Part shown: piece after piece, positions 56,001 through 64,000 of the stretch
How positions within the stretch are numbered: position 1 is the first letter of the stretch
How the letters are laid out: every line of letters starts with the position of its first letter
Assembly: GCA_037308085.1 (NCBI GenBank)
Contig: CP147779.1
Coordinates: 288,001-352,000, forward strand
DNA length: 64,000 nt
Source: Promethearchaeati archaeon SRVP18_Atabeyarchaeia-1
Lineage (GTDB): Archaea > Asgardarchaeota > Atabeyarchaeia > Atabeyarchaeales > Atabeyarchaeaceae
Direction: 5' to 3'
Translations under genes and position numbers: made by a program
The notes under the pieces: model-generated
Databases searched by the model: none
Told to the model about the DNA's origin: nothing
The model's input: only the letters and a program-made list of their open reading frames with translations

Positions 56001-58991
56001 CTAACTTTCGATGTATATTGATGGCCTATACGGCTGAGATAGAGCTCCTTTCTTGGTTGGGTCGTAAATCTCTTTCGCCTCAGCGTCGAATACTTTCACA
56101 TCAGCAGAGAACTGGGATCTAATCAGGTTCATTGATTCCTTCAGTGTTGACTCTTCGCTGAATCCGACTTTGAGCCTTCGCTCGATTAGACTCTTTGGCA
56201 TTGTCTTTATCGTGGCGCTGTAAGTGTTCTGAATGTATCTTGATATGATCTTCTCTTTGCCCTTGGCAAAGGGTTGGGAAAGGACCTCCCGGATCAGCGA
56301 ACCTATGATGGTGTCTTCCCCCTTCAGGGCCGCACTTAACATCAGTTTATAGACTTCGGACATCCATCTTGGAGACGTGTAGTAGAATAATGTCTTAGGC
56401 TTGATGTTAGTCACTTTCATTATGGCTCTGGTATCCTCGAGCACCCTCATTAAGTAACTCTCTTGCTCTTCCGCTTCGATATCTATGAGACGCTGGTCCG
56501 CCGACGGCCACGTGGCGTTAGAGATGAAGCCTTTTCCCCCAAACTTCTCCCAAGCTTCTTCGCAGACATGCGGTGCAAATGGTGCCAGCAGTCTGACCCA
56601 AGTCTCAGCCACCTTGGTCAGCACGAAAATCGTTGAATCGCGCCGACCTGCAGATCCTTCATGCCTGTCGGCCGTTTCAGCATTGACTCTTCTCAGGTAC
56701 CAGCCCAGGTCGATGTCTAGCAAGAAGAATGCTTGTTGAAGTACTTCTCGAACCTCGCAGTTCTCCATCGCCTCGGTTGCCTGGGCGACGCGAGTTTGCA
56801 GGATGGAGAGCATCCACTTGTCTATGGGATTCAGTGGGGGGCTTGTTCTTGTCCCTGAAAGATCATTGGCAGCAGATTTGCCCGATGCTGCATCGACTAT
56901 GAATTCGTAGAATTTCTCAAGTCGCTGGCGCATGGTTTCCGCAATAGAATCACTGAAGTTGGCGTCTGAGAGAAGTTCGGCGGAGCCGAGGACAACGATC
57001 TTTATTGTGTCTGCACCATAGCGCCCAATTGCGTCGCGTATTGGGATTGTGTTGCCAATTGACTTACTCATCTTCTTGCCTTCCATCTGAACCATTCCGT
57101 TGTTCACGATCTGTCTAGGCCAGAGATTTTCGGGAAAGATCGCGACATGGTTGAAGATGAAAAACGTCAAGTGATTCGGAACAAGATCACTTCCAGAGTG
57201 TCTTGAGTCCAGTGGATACCAGTAGAGGAACTCATTTCTCATTAATTTCAGTGTGTCTACTTGTAGACCAGCTTTCTTGGCGATTGCACTGGGATTGCCT
57301 ATTCCTAGAAATACATAATCGAAGACATCATCGTTGAACTGCCCTTCCAGCAATTTCAATTCTTTTATGTACTTGGCAATGGTGTAGTAGGCCATGTATA
57401 TCGTTGAATCTGATAGGCTTTCAATTATCCAGGCCGGGTCCTGCGGGAGGTTTGTTCCTAGACCTGACTTCCTGGCACACGCCCTGTATCTTAGCCAATC
57501 GATAACATTTCTATACTCCTGTCTAAGATCCTCCGGGATTATCCGCATTCTTTCCAGTTGCTCATGTACCGTTTTCTTCCATTCGGCATCTCCGTAGTTG
57601 ATGAACCACTGATTCTCGACGATCTTGACCACACACTCGGTCCTACATCTGCAGTAGATGGGGCTGTTAGTCAACTCGTAGAACTTTTCGGCGAATCCTT
57701 CCCTTTCAAGATCGGATTTGACTAGGTCTTTGGCAACAGAGACCTTCATACCGGCATATTTGCCGGTATTGTCTTTCATAACGCCATCATTGAACTCTTT
57801 CAAGTAGACTTCCTTTGTGGCCTCCTCAGCCTTTTCGTCCATTTGGGACTTGATGCTCATTCGTTCGACAACATCGACGGCAGGAAGCTCGGAATAGCCG
57901 TCAACTTTGATGATTGAGATCGGGGAGACCTTTCTGATCCTCGAGGGCTCTAAATGGTATTTCTTCGATAGCTGCTCCAATTCGTTATCCTTCTTCAAGT
58001 CGATCAAAGCCAGATAGTCATAGGGGGCATGCCCTGGAACACTCATAACCAATCCAGTTCCAGTCTTGGGATCAACGAATGATGCTGGCAGAACTATGCT
58101 TTTCCGGCCGGTTAGGGGGTTGGATGCCATAATTCCGACTAACTTGCTTCCAAGTACCTCTTTCTGATCAGAGAAGTCGATTTTCCGGGATTGATATTTC
58201 AGCTTCTCATAGCACTCCTTCGAAGCCACCCATTTCTCTCCATTGACCAAGACGATGCGATACTCAACGTCGGGGTTGACCCAAATATTCGTGACACCGA
58301 AAAGAGTTTCAGGGCGGTACGTCGTCACCGGAAGTACGGATCCGTCGTCCAGTCTGAACTTAACTAAGCACACTTCAGCGATCTCGGGTTCTACGTCTCC
58401 CTGTGTGTCATGCATTCCTACGGGGCCATTATCGGATGGGCACCAGCCGACAGGGTGCGTTCCCTGAACAAGGTAACCTTTACTACTCAGTTTCCTGAAT
58501 TGCCATTGGATGAATTTCTTGTAGACTGGATCTATTGTGGTGAATTCTCGTCTCCAGTCTACCGAGTAACCCATCTCCTTCATTCCAAGTTTTAGTTCAT
58601 TGTGGAAATACTTGGCGAGGGTCATTGGATCGCTAAAGGATTCCACTACACCAGGCGGAACATGATAGATCCCTATGAACTCTTTTATTAGGTCACTGTC
58701 CTTGTTGGCTACTCTCTTTGCCATAGCTAGAACAGGAGTTCCTGTATAGTGGAAACCCTGTGGATACAGGACGTTGAATCCCCTCATCCTCTTGTATCTA
58801 GCATATACATCGGTTAAGCTGTATGTTCTCCCGTGACCAATGTGCTGCGGAGCGTTCACGTATGGATAGGCGACTGTTAAGAAGAATTTCGGTTTCGATG
58901 GGTTTACATCAGCTTCGAAGATTCTTGCTTCTTCCCAACGCTTCTGCCACTTTTCTTCTATTCTCCTGAATTCGAAGTGTTGTGATGCCAT
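56001..58991 (-). CDS. leuS: Leucyl-tRNA synthetase (archaeal type)
   Basis: AYPY..HIGH, GTGLVMSVPGHAP, ESLSDSTIY and KMSKS motifs. Confidence 0.96.
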   Translation of the reverse strand: MASQHFEFRRIEEKWQKRWEEARIFEADVNPSKPKFFLTVAYPYVNAPQHIGHGRTYSLTDVYARYKRMRGFNVLYPQGFHYTGTPVLAMAKRVANKDSDLIKEFIGIYHVPPGVVESFSDPMTLAKYFHNELKLGMKEMGYSVDWRREFTTIDPVYKKFIQWQFRKLSSKGYLVQGTHPVGWCPSDNGPVGMHDTQGDVEPEIAEVCLVKFRLDDGSVLPVTTYRPETLFGVTNIWVNPDVEYRIVLVNGEKWVASKECYEKLKYQSRKIDFSDQKEVLGSKLVGIMASNPLTGRKSIVLPASFVDPKTGTGLVMSVPGHAPYDYLALIDLKKDNELEQLSKKYHLEPSRIRKVSPISIIKVDGYSELPAVDVVERMSIKSQMDEKAEEATKEVYLKEFNDGVMKDNTGKYAGMKVSVAKDLVKSDLEREGFAEKFYELTNSPIYCRCRTECVVKIVENQWFINYGDAEWKKTVHEQLERMRIIPEDLRQEYRNVIDWLRYRACARKSGLGTNLPQDPAWIIESLSDSTIYMAYYTIAKYIKELKLLEGQFNDDVFDYVFLGIGNPSAIAKKAGLQVDTLKLMRNEFLYWYPLDSRHSGSDLVPNHLTFFIFNHVAIFPENLWPRQIVNNGMVQMEGKKMSKSIGNTIPIRDAIGRYGADTIKIVVLGSAELLSDANFSDSIAETMRQRLEKFYEFIVDAASGKSAANDLSGTRTSPPLNPIDKWMLSILQTRVAQATEAMENCEVREVLQQAFFLLDIDLGWYLRRVNAETADRHEGSAGRRDSTIFVLTKVAETWVRLLAPFAPHVCEEAWEKFGGKGFISNATWPSADQRLIDIEAEEQESYLMRVLEDTRAIMKVTNIKPKTLFYYTSPRWMSEVYKLMLSAALKGEDTIIGSLIREVLSQPFAKGKEKIISRYIQNTYSATIKTMPKSLIERRLKVGFSEESTLKESMNLIRSQFSADVKVFDAEAKEIYDPTKKGALSQPYRPSIYIES

Positions 58992-59424
58992 TGTCAGAAT
59001 TGACCCCCGTTATTTTTGTGACCGTCCCACTCGGCAATACTTGCCGATGCTTTGGTGATGAACTGATATTCATATATGGGATCCGAGCTTTCAGAAGACT
59101 GCCATGTAGAATGCAAAACTGGCATGTCTGCTAGCGAGTATTTCTGGTATTCTACATGAAAGAGAAGGAATAGTTGGCGCCTATTATAAGAGTTATCACG
59201 TGAGGGCAGAGACGCGAAGATAGAACTAGAGACCGATGAGATTATAATCCCTCAAAACCATTCTATCTGGTTCCTCCTCTCTTGGGCAATCTCCTATGAT
59301 AGTTGCACATTGTCACTAATTAACATTTGGTCGACTTTGCTTGACTCTCGTTTTGCTAAAGCCTCTCGTCGAGAAGTGAATAAGAGCGACGAAATCTAAC
59401 GAGTGAAGTACGTGAGGCCCTTTG

Positions 59425-61854
59425 TCAACTATATTCAACGGTGCTGCTTGCCCCACCCTCACCACGATGTACTATTGCATAGTTGCCGCCAGCCCATCCC
59501 TTGACAGCATCTAAATGGGAGATCAGGATTGTCAAGCCAAAGAGTTTTGTCAGTTCCTGGATTATATCGATGGTTGAGTTCACTCCTTCACCGTCGAGGC
59601 TTCCAAGATCTCCTTCATCGATTACCAGAGTTCTCATCTTTGATAGTCTCTTGCCAGCTTCGGGCAGTTCGCTCAGAACTTTGCTGACTGCAAGTCGGAC
59701 AGCCAACGCAATGCGCACCTTCTCTCCTCCACTGAACCTTTGGACACCGTATCTGCTTTCCCCGTCTTTTACCCAGATATTCAGTCTCCCGTCTTCCTGC
59801 TCCTCTATGGTGATAGCGTCATACCTCCCATCGCTCAGTTGGGCAAGGATGGATGATGCCTCAGAGGCTACTCTAGGCACTATCCTTCTGAGGATTACTG
59901 ATGGTATGCCATCTCGATGGAAGACTGACTCGAGTCTATTGTAGTCTGAGATCTCGTATTCGAGTTCCTTTTGCTTGCTCAGCAAGTCCTTTATAGTTGA
60001 CTTGTAGGACATGATATTCTCAAGGTTAGCCTGTATTTCCTCTCTTCTGCCCTTCAGGCCATCGAGTTCTTTGCTAAGATCAGCAAACTGTTTCTGTGTG
60101 GTTGAAAGTCTTCCTCTTGTATTTTGGTATTCTTCTTTGATGGGTTTTGTGGACTCTAGTTCCTTCTCTAGCCTGCCATACTCTTCCGTGAGAATTCTGT
60201 GCTCCTCTGTCAGCGATTCCACAGTCCTCTCCAGGGTTGAGACGCTCTGCTTGATCTTTGCTAGCTCTTCTCTTGCGCTGATGCCCTCGCCCACCTTCTG
60301 CCTCAACCGATCATATCTGACTGGATCGTAACCAGATTCGGCGAGATAGCCGATTTTGGCACCATATTCTTCAAGACTCTTGTTTGCGTCTCGCAGATTC
60401 ACTGGACCCTTGCCATCGATTTCACCGACCATAAGAGTTTGCTCATTGAGGGAGCTTTGCCTCTCCGACAGAGCCTTGCAGGCTTCAGCGGTCTGTTTCG
60501 TTATGGCGTCGAATTTAACCTCAAATGTTGAGAGCTTTGGAAGTTCAGTAACAAGGTCATCTAGAGTCTCATTCACGATCTTTCTGGTGGTGCTTAGTTT
60601 CTGTCTCTTCTCTACTGCAACCTTCTTCAGTTCTGTCAACTTTCCACGGTCGTGGGTCGCGATCTTCGCGGCTTCGAGATCTCTCTCTAGTCTTCCAAAC
60701 TCTGTCGCGGTTTCTTCAAGTCTATCTATGCTTTCTTTGTGTTTCCTTGTCAGAACCGAAACAGAAGGTCCACTTGATCTCTCGTCATTTTGCCTCGAAA
60801 GAGACTCTTTCTCATTCAATAGTTCTTCCTGTTCCTCCCTTAGTCGGCTGATCGCTTCTTTTTCTTGGTCAAGCCTGATCCTGACGAGTTTCTCTAGGAC
60901 CTCTTTCTGATTTGTCACCTTGACATATTCATCCCGCAATGCCGACATCGATTCGTATTCTTTCCTTAGTCGTTCTGCCTCGTTCGCCTTCTCCACGTAG
61001 TTGCCAAGTTGTTCTTGAGATTTTGACAATGCAGATCTGTTATCGAGTAATTTTGATTGAGTGTCCTTTACTCTTACTTCCACGAGCTTAGATTTGGTTT
61101 CAGCTACTATGAATTTGTTGACATTGTTTTCGAGTTCAGAGACGCTCAGTTCCAGTGCGTGAAGTGAGGTCTCAGTTTCAGCTTTCTTTTTCTCTGTTTC
61201 CTTGATCAATGGGTCAAGTTCCTTGCGTTTGTCGAGCCAGTTCTTCTCCTGAGCTAGGAATTCCTCTTTCGCCTCAAGGCTCCTGTTTATTTCTGCCAGC
61301 TTCGTCTCAGCCTCGACCCGGCCTTCTTTTGTCTTTTGCAGAGCTTCTTCATATATTCCCAGCCTGAATAGCGATATGAAAATGTCTTTTCTCCGTGACG
61401 GGTCCTCTGCGATTAGTCGCTTCATCTCCTCTTGTCTAATGATTGTGCTATTGACGAATCCTTCGTAGTCTAGACCGATGCGCTCAGTGAGAAAACGCTC
61501 AGCATCCTTGACCTTCAAGTCAAGACGTCTCTTGTTGACTGACACGTCGAGAAAAGTAGCCTTTCTTGTAGTGTTGTAAGTTCTCTTGACATTATAGATG
61601 TCTCCACCCAGTTCAAATTCGATCTCAACGTAACACTCTTTCGAGCCAACTCTGACTAGGTCTTCCTGCTTGTAGCCTTTGAAGTCAGTCACAGATGTTC
61701 GCCCGTATATGCACCATGTTAATGCATCGATGACTAGTGTTGATTTTCCTGCGCCGTTCGCGCCCACAACTGTGACCGATTCCAGGCCGCGGAGGTTGAG
61801 TTCTGCTTCTTTGAAGCATCTGAAGTTGTGCACACGAATTGTAAGAAGTCTCAC
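59425..61854 (-). CDS. rad50: Rad50/SbcC SMC-like ATPase lacking a CxxC zinc hook
   Basis: GANGAGKST, FSGGE, IDEGDLGSLD and ISH motifs; overlaps the mre11 stop codon. Confidence 0.9.
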   Translation of the reverse strand: MRLLTIRVHNFRCFKEAELNLRGLESVTVVGANGAGKSTLVIDALTWCIYGRTSVTDFKGYKQEDLVRVGSKECYVEIEFELGGDIYNVKRTYNTTRKATFLDVSVNKRRLDLKVKDAERFLTERIGLDYEGFVNSTIIRQEEMKRLIAEDPSRRKDIFISLFRLGIYEEALQKTKEGRVEAETKLAEINRSLEAKEEFLAQEKNWLDKRKELDPLIKETEKKKAETETSLHALELSVSELENNVNKFIVAETKSKLVEVRVKDTQSKLLDNRSALSKSQEQLGNYVEKANEAERLRKEYESMSALRDEYVKVTNQKEVLEKLVRIRLDQEKEAISRLREEQEELLNEKESLSRQNDERSSGPSVSVLTRKHKESIDRLEETATEFGRLERDLEAAKIATHDRGKLTELKKVAVEKRQKLSTTRKIVNETLDDLVTELPKLSTFEVKFDAITKQTAEACKALSERQSSLNEQTLMVGEIDGKGPVNLRDANKSLEEYGAKIGYLAESGYDPVRYDRLRQKVGEGISAREELAKIKQSVSTLERTVESLTEEHRILTEEYGRLEKELESTKPIKEEYQNTRGRLSTTQKQFADLSKELDGLKGRREEIQANLENIMSYKSTIKDLLSKQKELEYEISDYNRLESVFHRDGIPSVILRRIVPRVASEASSILAQLSDGRYDAITIEEQEDGRLNIWVKDGESRYGVQRFSGGEKVRIALAVRLAVSKVLSELPEAGKRLSKMRTLVIDEGDLGSLDGEGVNSTIDIIQELTKLFGLTILISHLDAVKGWAGGNYAIVHRGEGGASSTVEYS

Positions 61855-63167
61855 TGAGCGTCACCACTCTTCTCAAGCACATCCTCGAGGATCTTCTCTC
61901 CAAGCTTTATTACTCGTTTCTTCTCGTCCTCGCTTGCCTTCTTCATTGCGTCCACATATCTGACCAGTTCTTCACTTGGCTTCAGGAAGATTTCACCTGC
62001 TTCCAAGCCAGGGTGAACCTCTTCCTTACTCAACTCATAATCGAGTTCCCAGTGAAAGGCATTCTTCAATAATGCATTGATAGTATCTTGTCTTAGGTTC
62101 AAGTTGGTTTTCAATTCTGCTGTAGCATTACGTATAAGAATTCTGATTATCGCCTCTTTCTCTTCTCCCTTAGCCGTCAGCTGCCCCAAAGTCTTCAGAA
62201 AATCAGCTAACGGATCTCTTCCGTTCTTGTCTGTCCGTTTTTCTGGAACTAGAAACTCAAACACTTTCATTGGGCGAGTCGGAACCTTAACGAATTCCGC
62301 TCCAAATTGATCGGATCCGGACGTGTCAAGAAGAATAAAGCCCTTGTCTTCGTCGTATTCGTTGAAGCTGGTTCTTTCCGTGCTTCCGCTGTAGAAAGCC
62401 ATCCCCCCTTGGGAAGGCTGGCTCACGCGTTGATGCTTGTGGACATGCCCACAGGCAACATAATTGAAATCTCTCATGGGGATTGCTGTTCTTGGAAGAA
62501 CAATGTCGTTGATCACGTGTTCAGTGTGACCTACGTCTGTCCCCTCAATCATGTAATGCATCATCAGAATTGACTTCCTATGTCCCCTGCTCTTAGCTAT
62601 GCCAGCCATGTCGTTTAGAGTCTTCGAAATTGCGTCTACAATGATAGTGTGCCTGTCAGAGATCGTCAACTCTCTTTCAGGCACCTTCAGGTCAATGCGA
62701 TTCTTTGCGTAATCGAACCATCTAGATGGGGGTAGATAGGGGAACGCGTAAATGTCGACCTCATCTGAACTTCCGTTTGCTCTCAGCGCCAAGGGTTCGG
62801 CAGAGGGTCTATGGTAAACACTAACAGAGTCAATATGCTCTAAGAGTTGGAGTGGAGAGGCTGAACCCAGCAACCTAGGAGTATCGTGGTTTCCTCCGAT
62901 TATGACTACCTTGGTTCCCTTCCGGGTTAATTCCGTGAGTGAGTCCAGCACGTCTTTTCTTACTTTGTTGACCGGATCGATCCTGTCAAATATGTCTCCG
63001 CACATTAGAACAGCGTCAACGTGTTCCTTAGCGGCAAATTCCATAACAGAAAGAAATGACTTGGTAAAGTCTTCAGCCCTGATTCGAATCCCGGTTGATG
63101 GATCGATCTTGCTGTACGCTTTTGGGAATATACCGAGGTGCATATCTGAAACATGAATGAGCCGCAT
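61851..63167 (-). CDS. mre11: Mre11/SbcD nuclease
   Basis: SDMHLG, GDIFD, GNHD, GHVH and YSGS motifs. Confidence 0.92.
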   Translation of the reverse strand: MRLIHVSDMHLGIFPKAYSKIDPSTGIRIRAEDFTKSFLSVMEFAAKEHVDAVLMCGDIFDRIDPVNKVRKDVLDSLTELTRKGTKVVIIGGNHDTPRLLGSASPLQLLEHIDSVSVYHRPSAEPLALRANGSSDEVDIYAFPYLPPSRWFDYAKNRIDLKVPERELTISDRHTIIVDAISKTLNDMAGIAKSRGHRKSILMMHYMIEGTDVGHTEHVINDIVLPRTAIPMRDFNYVACGHVHKHQRVSQPSQGGMAFYSGSTERTSFNEYDEDKGFILLDTSGSDQFGAEFVKVPTRPMKVFEFLVPEKRTDKNGRDPLADFLKTLGQLTAKGEEKEAIIRILIRNATAELKTNLNLRQDTINALLKNAFHWELDYELSKEEVHPGLEAGEIFLKPSEELVRYVDAMKKASEDEKKRVIKLGEKILEDVLEKSGDAQ

Positions 63168-63218
63168 ATGTCAAAGGTAGCCTCCGTAATGCGGAAAATC
63201 CTAACCACAATATGAGAT

Positions 63219-64000
63219 CTATAGGCGCTCCGAAACTTCCTTAAGTCTCTTCTTGCTCTCATCAACTGAAGAGGAATCCTTGCCGCTGTCCGTTCCTCCA
63301 TGTCCAGGCTCGTTCTTCCGCGTTTTCATCGGGCTCCATATATCTTTTAGAGATTCATCGTAGTTGCCAACCTTGAATACTGTGTGATTTGGAAAGGCGT
63401 ACCCAAAACCCAGGCACTCCTGTCTTCCGATCCTTGCAAGAACGTTTCTCCACTTAGCAGGTTGCTCGCTCCCACTTAATGCTGCATCGATGTCTCTCTC
63501 CTCTCCCAAGTGAAACAGAAACCTCGTGGGCATTTGACTTATAACCTCATCGTAAATCGCTGATGGGCGCTGATCCACGACGCAGAGCGTGAGCTTGAAC
63601 TTTCTCATCTCGCGAGCGATCTTGCCGAAGACGCTTCTCCTAGAGAGTTCCGGCGACAGGAACTTGTGCCCTTCTTCCACCATGATCTTGGTAGGTTGAT
63701 ACACATCGGGATTAGAAGTGAACTTTTCATAAAGACGGCGAGTGATCATGTTAGAAACCATGACATACGTTCCAACATCCATACCATACTTGCCAAAATC
63801 CAGTACGACACTCTTGCCGGATTTCAGGTAGTTTAATATGTTCTTGACGCTGTCGATCTCGGTTTTCTCCTTAACGAAACTGAGACGCACGATCCTAGCA
63901 TGAATCCTCCTCTGAATTGCAGCCAAAGTTCCCCGGGGGATGTTGCCTGGCGTAGCTTTGCCCTTCTCATCGGTTTGACCTCCAGTCATGGCTAGTAGTT
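63219..64000 (-). CDS. herA: HerA helicase/translocase, C-terminal part (5' end outside the window)
   Basis: VEEGHKF, IAREMRKF and DQRPS motifs; frame open to the window edge; upstream of mre11-rad50. Confidence 0.85.
   Translation of the reverse strand, partial: LLAMTGGQTDEKGKATPGNIPRGTLAAIQRRIHARIVRLSFVKEKTEIDSVKNILNYLKSGKSVVLDFGKYGMDVGTYVMVSNMITRRLYEKFTSNPDVYQPTKIMVEEGHKFLSPELSRRSVFGKIAREMRKFKLTLCVVDQRPSAIYDEVISQMPTRFLFHLGEERDIDAALSGSEQPAKWRNVLARIGRQECLGFGYAFPNHTVFKVGNYDESLKDIWSPMKTRKNEPGHGGTDSGKDSSSVDESKKRLKEVSERL

Noticed and set aside
56632-56673. Possible in-frame 42-nt BHB intron in leuS (TGAA/TTCA helix, GCCGAC/GTCGGC stem)
   Set aside because: Four extra bases separate the inner and central helices, there is no outer helix, the ORF is intact without splicing, and the site is a variable loop. 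Worth only a passing check in RNA-seq.
59055-59120. Possible C/D box sRNA (GTGATGA...)
   Set aside because: No properly spaced D', C' and terminal D boxes.
1-64000. CRISPR array or rRNA genes
   Set aside because: No regularly spaced direct repeats or rRNA signatures seen.
1-64000. Genome-wide TAG recoding
   Set aside because: Conserved genes (proS, polB, vps4, pcm, ribK) end at TAG at their expected C-termini.

Overview
Gene-dense archaeal chromosome segment, most likely from an Asgard archaeon. It encodes a Rab-like small GTPase, a complete ESCRT-I/ESCRT-II/Vps4 plus ubiquitin (Ub, E1, E2, RING, JAMM) gene cluster, rps26e, PolB1 with an intein, SepRS, and the end of a herA-mre11-rad50 operon. 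The most striking signal is bulge-helix-bulge (BHB) splicing extending from tRNA into mRNA. One tRNA-Lys(CUU) has three introns. Two apparently broken protein genes are restored exactly, inside conserved motifs, by removing short BHB introns: pcm (28 nt, 17604-17631) and EndoQ (54 nt, 32516-32569). The window also has three tnpB elements with different end architectures: IS200/IS605 ends, IS607 with a deleted tnpA, and one bounded by perfect 18-bp terminal inverted repeats with a near-perfect 8-bp duplication. Other notable items are an ORF-less IscB-omega-RNA-like mini-element, a hook-less Rad50, probable ATT/ATA starts for E2 and E1, and candidate eukaryote-like proteins (alpha-SNAP-like, WASH/WAVE-like, a second steadiness-box protein). 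All calls come from reading motifs by eye; no database searches were run.
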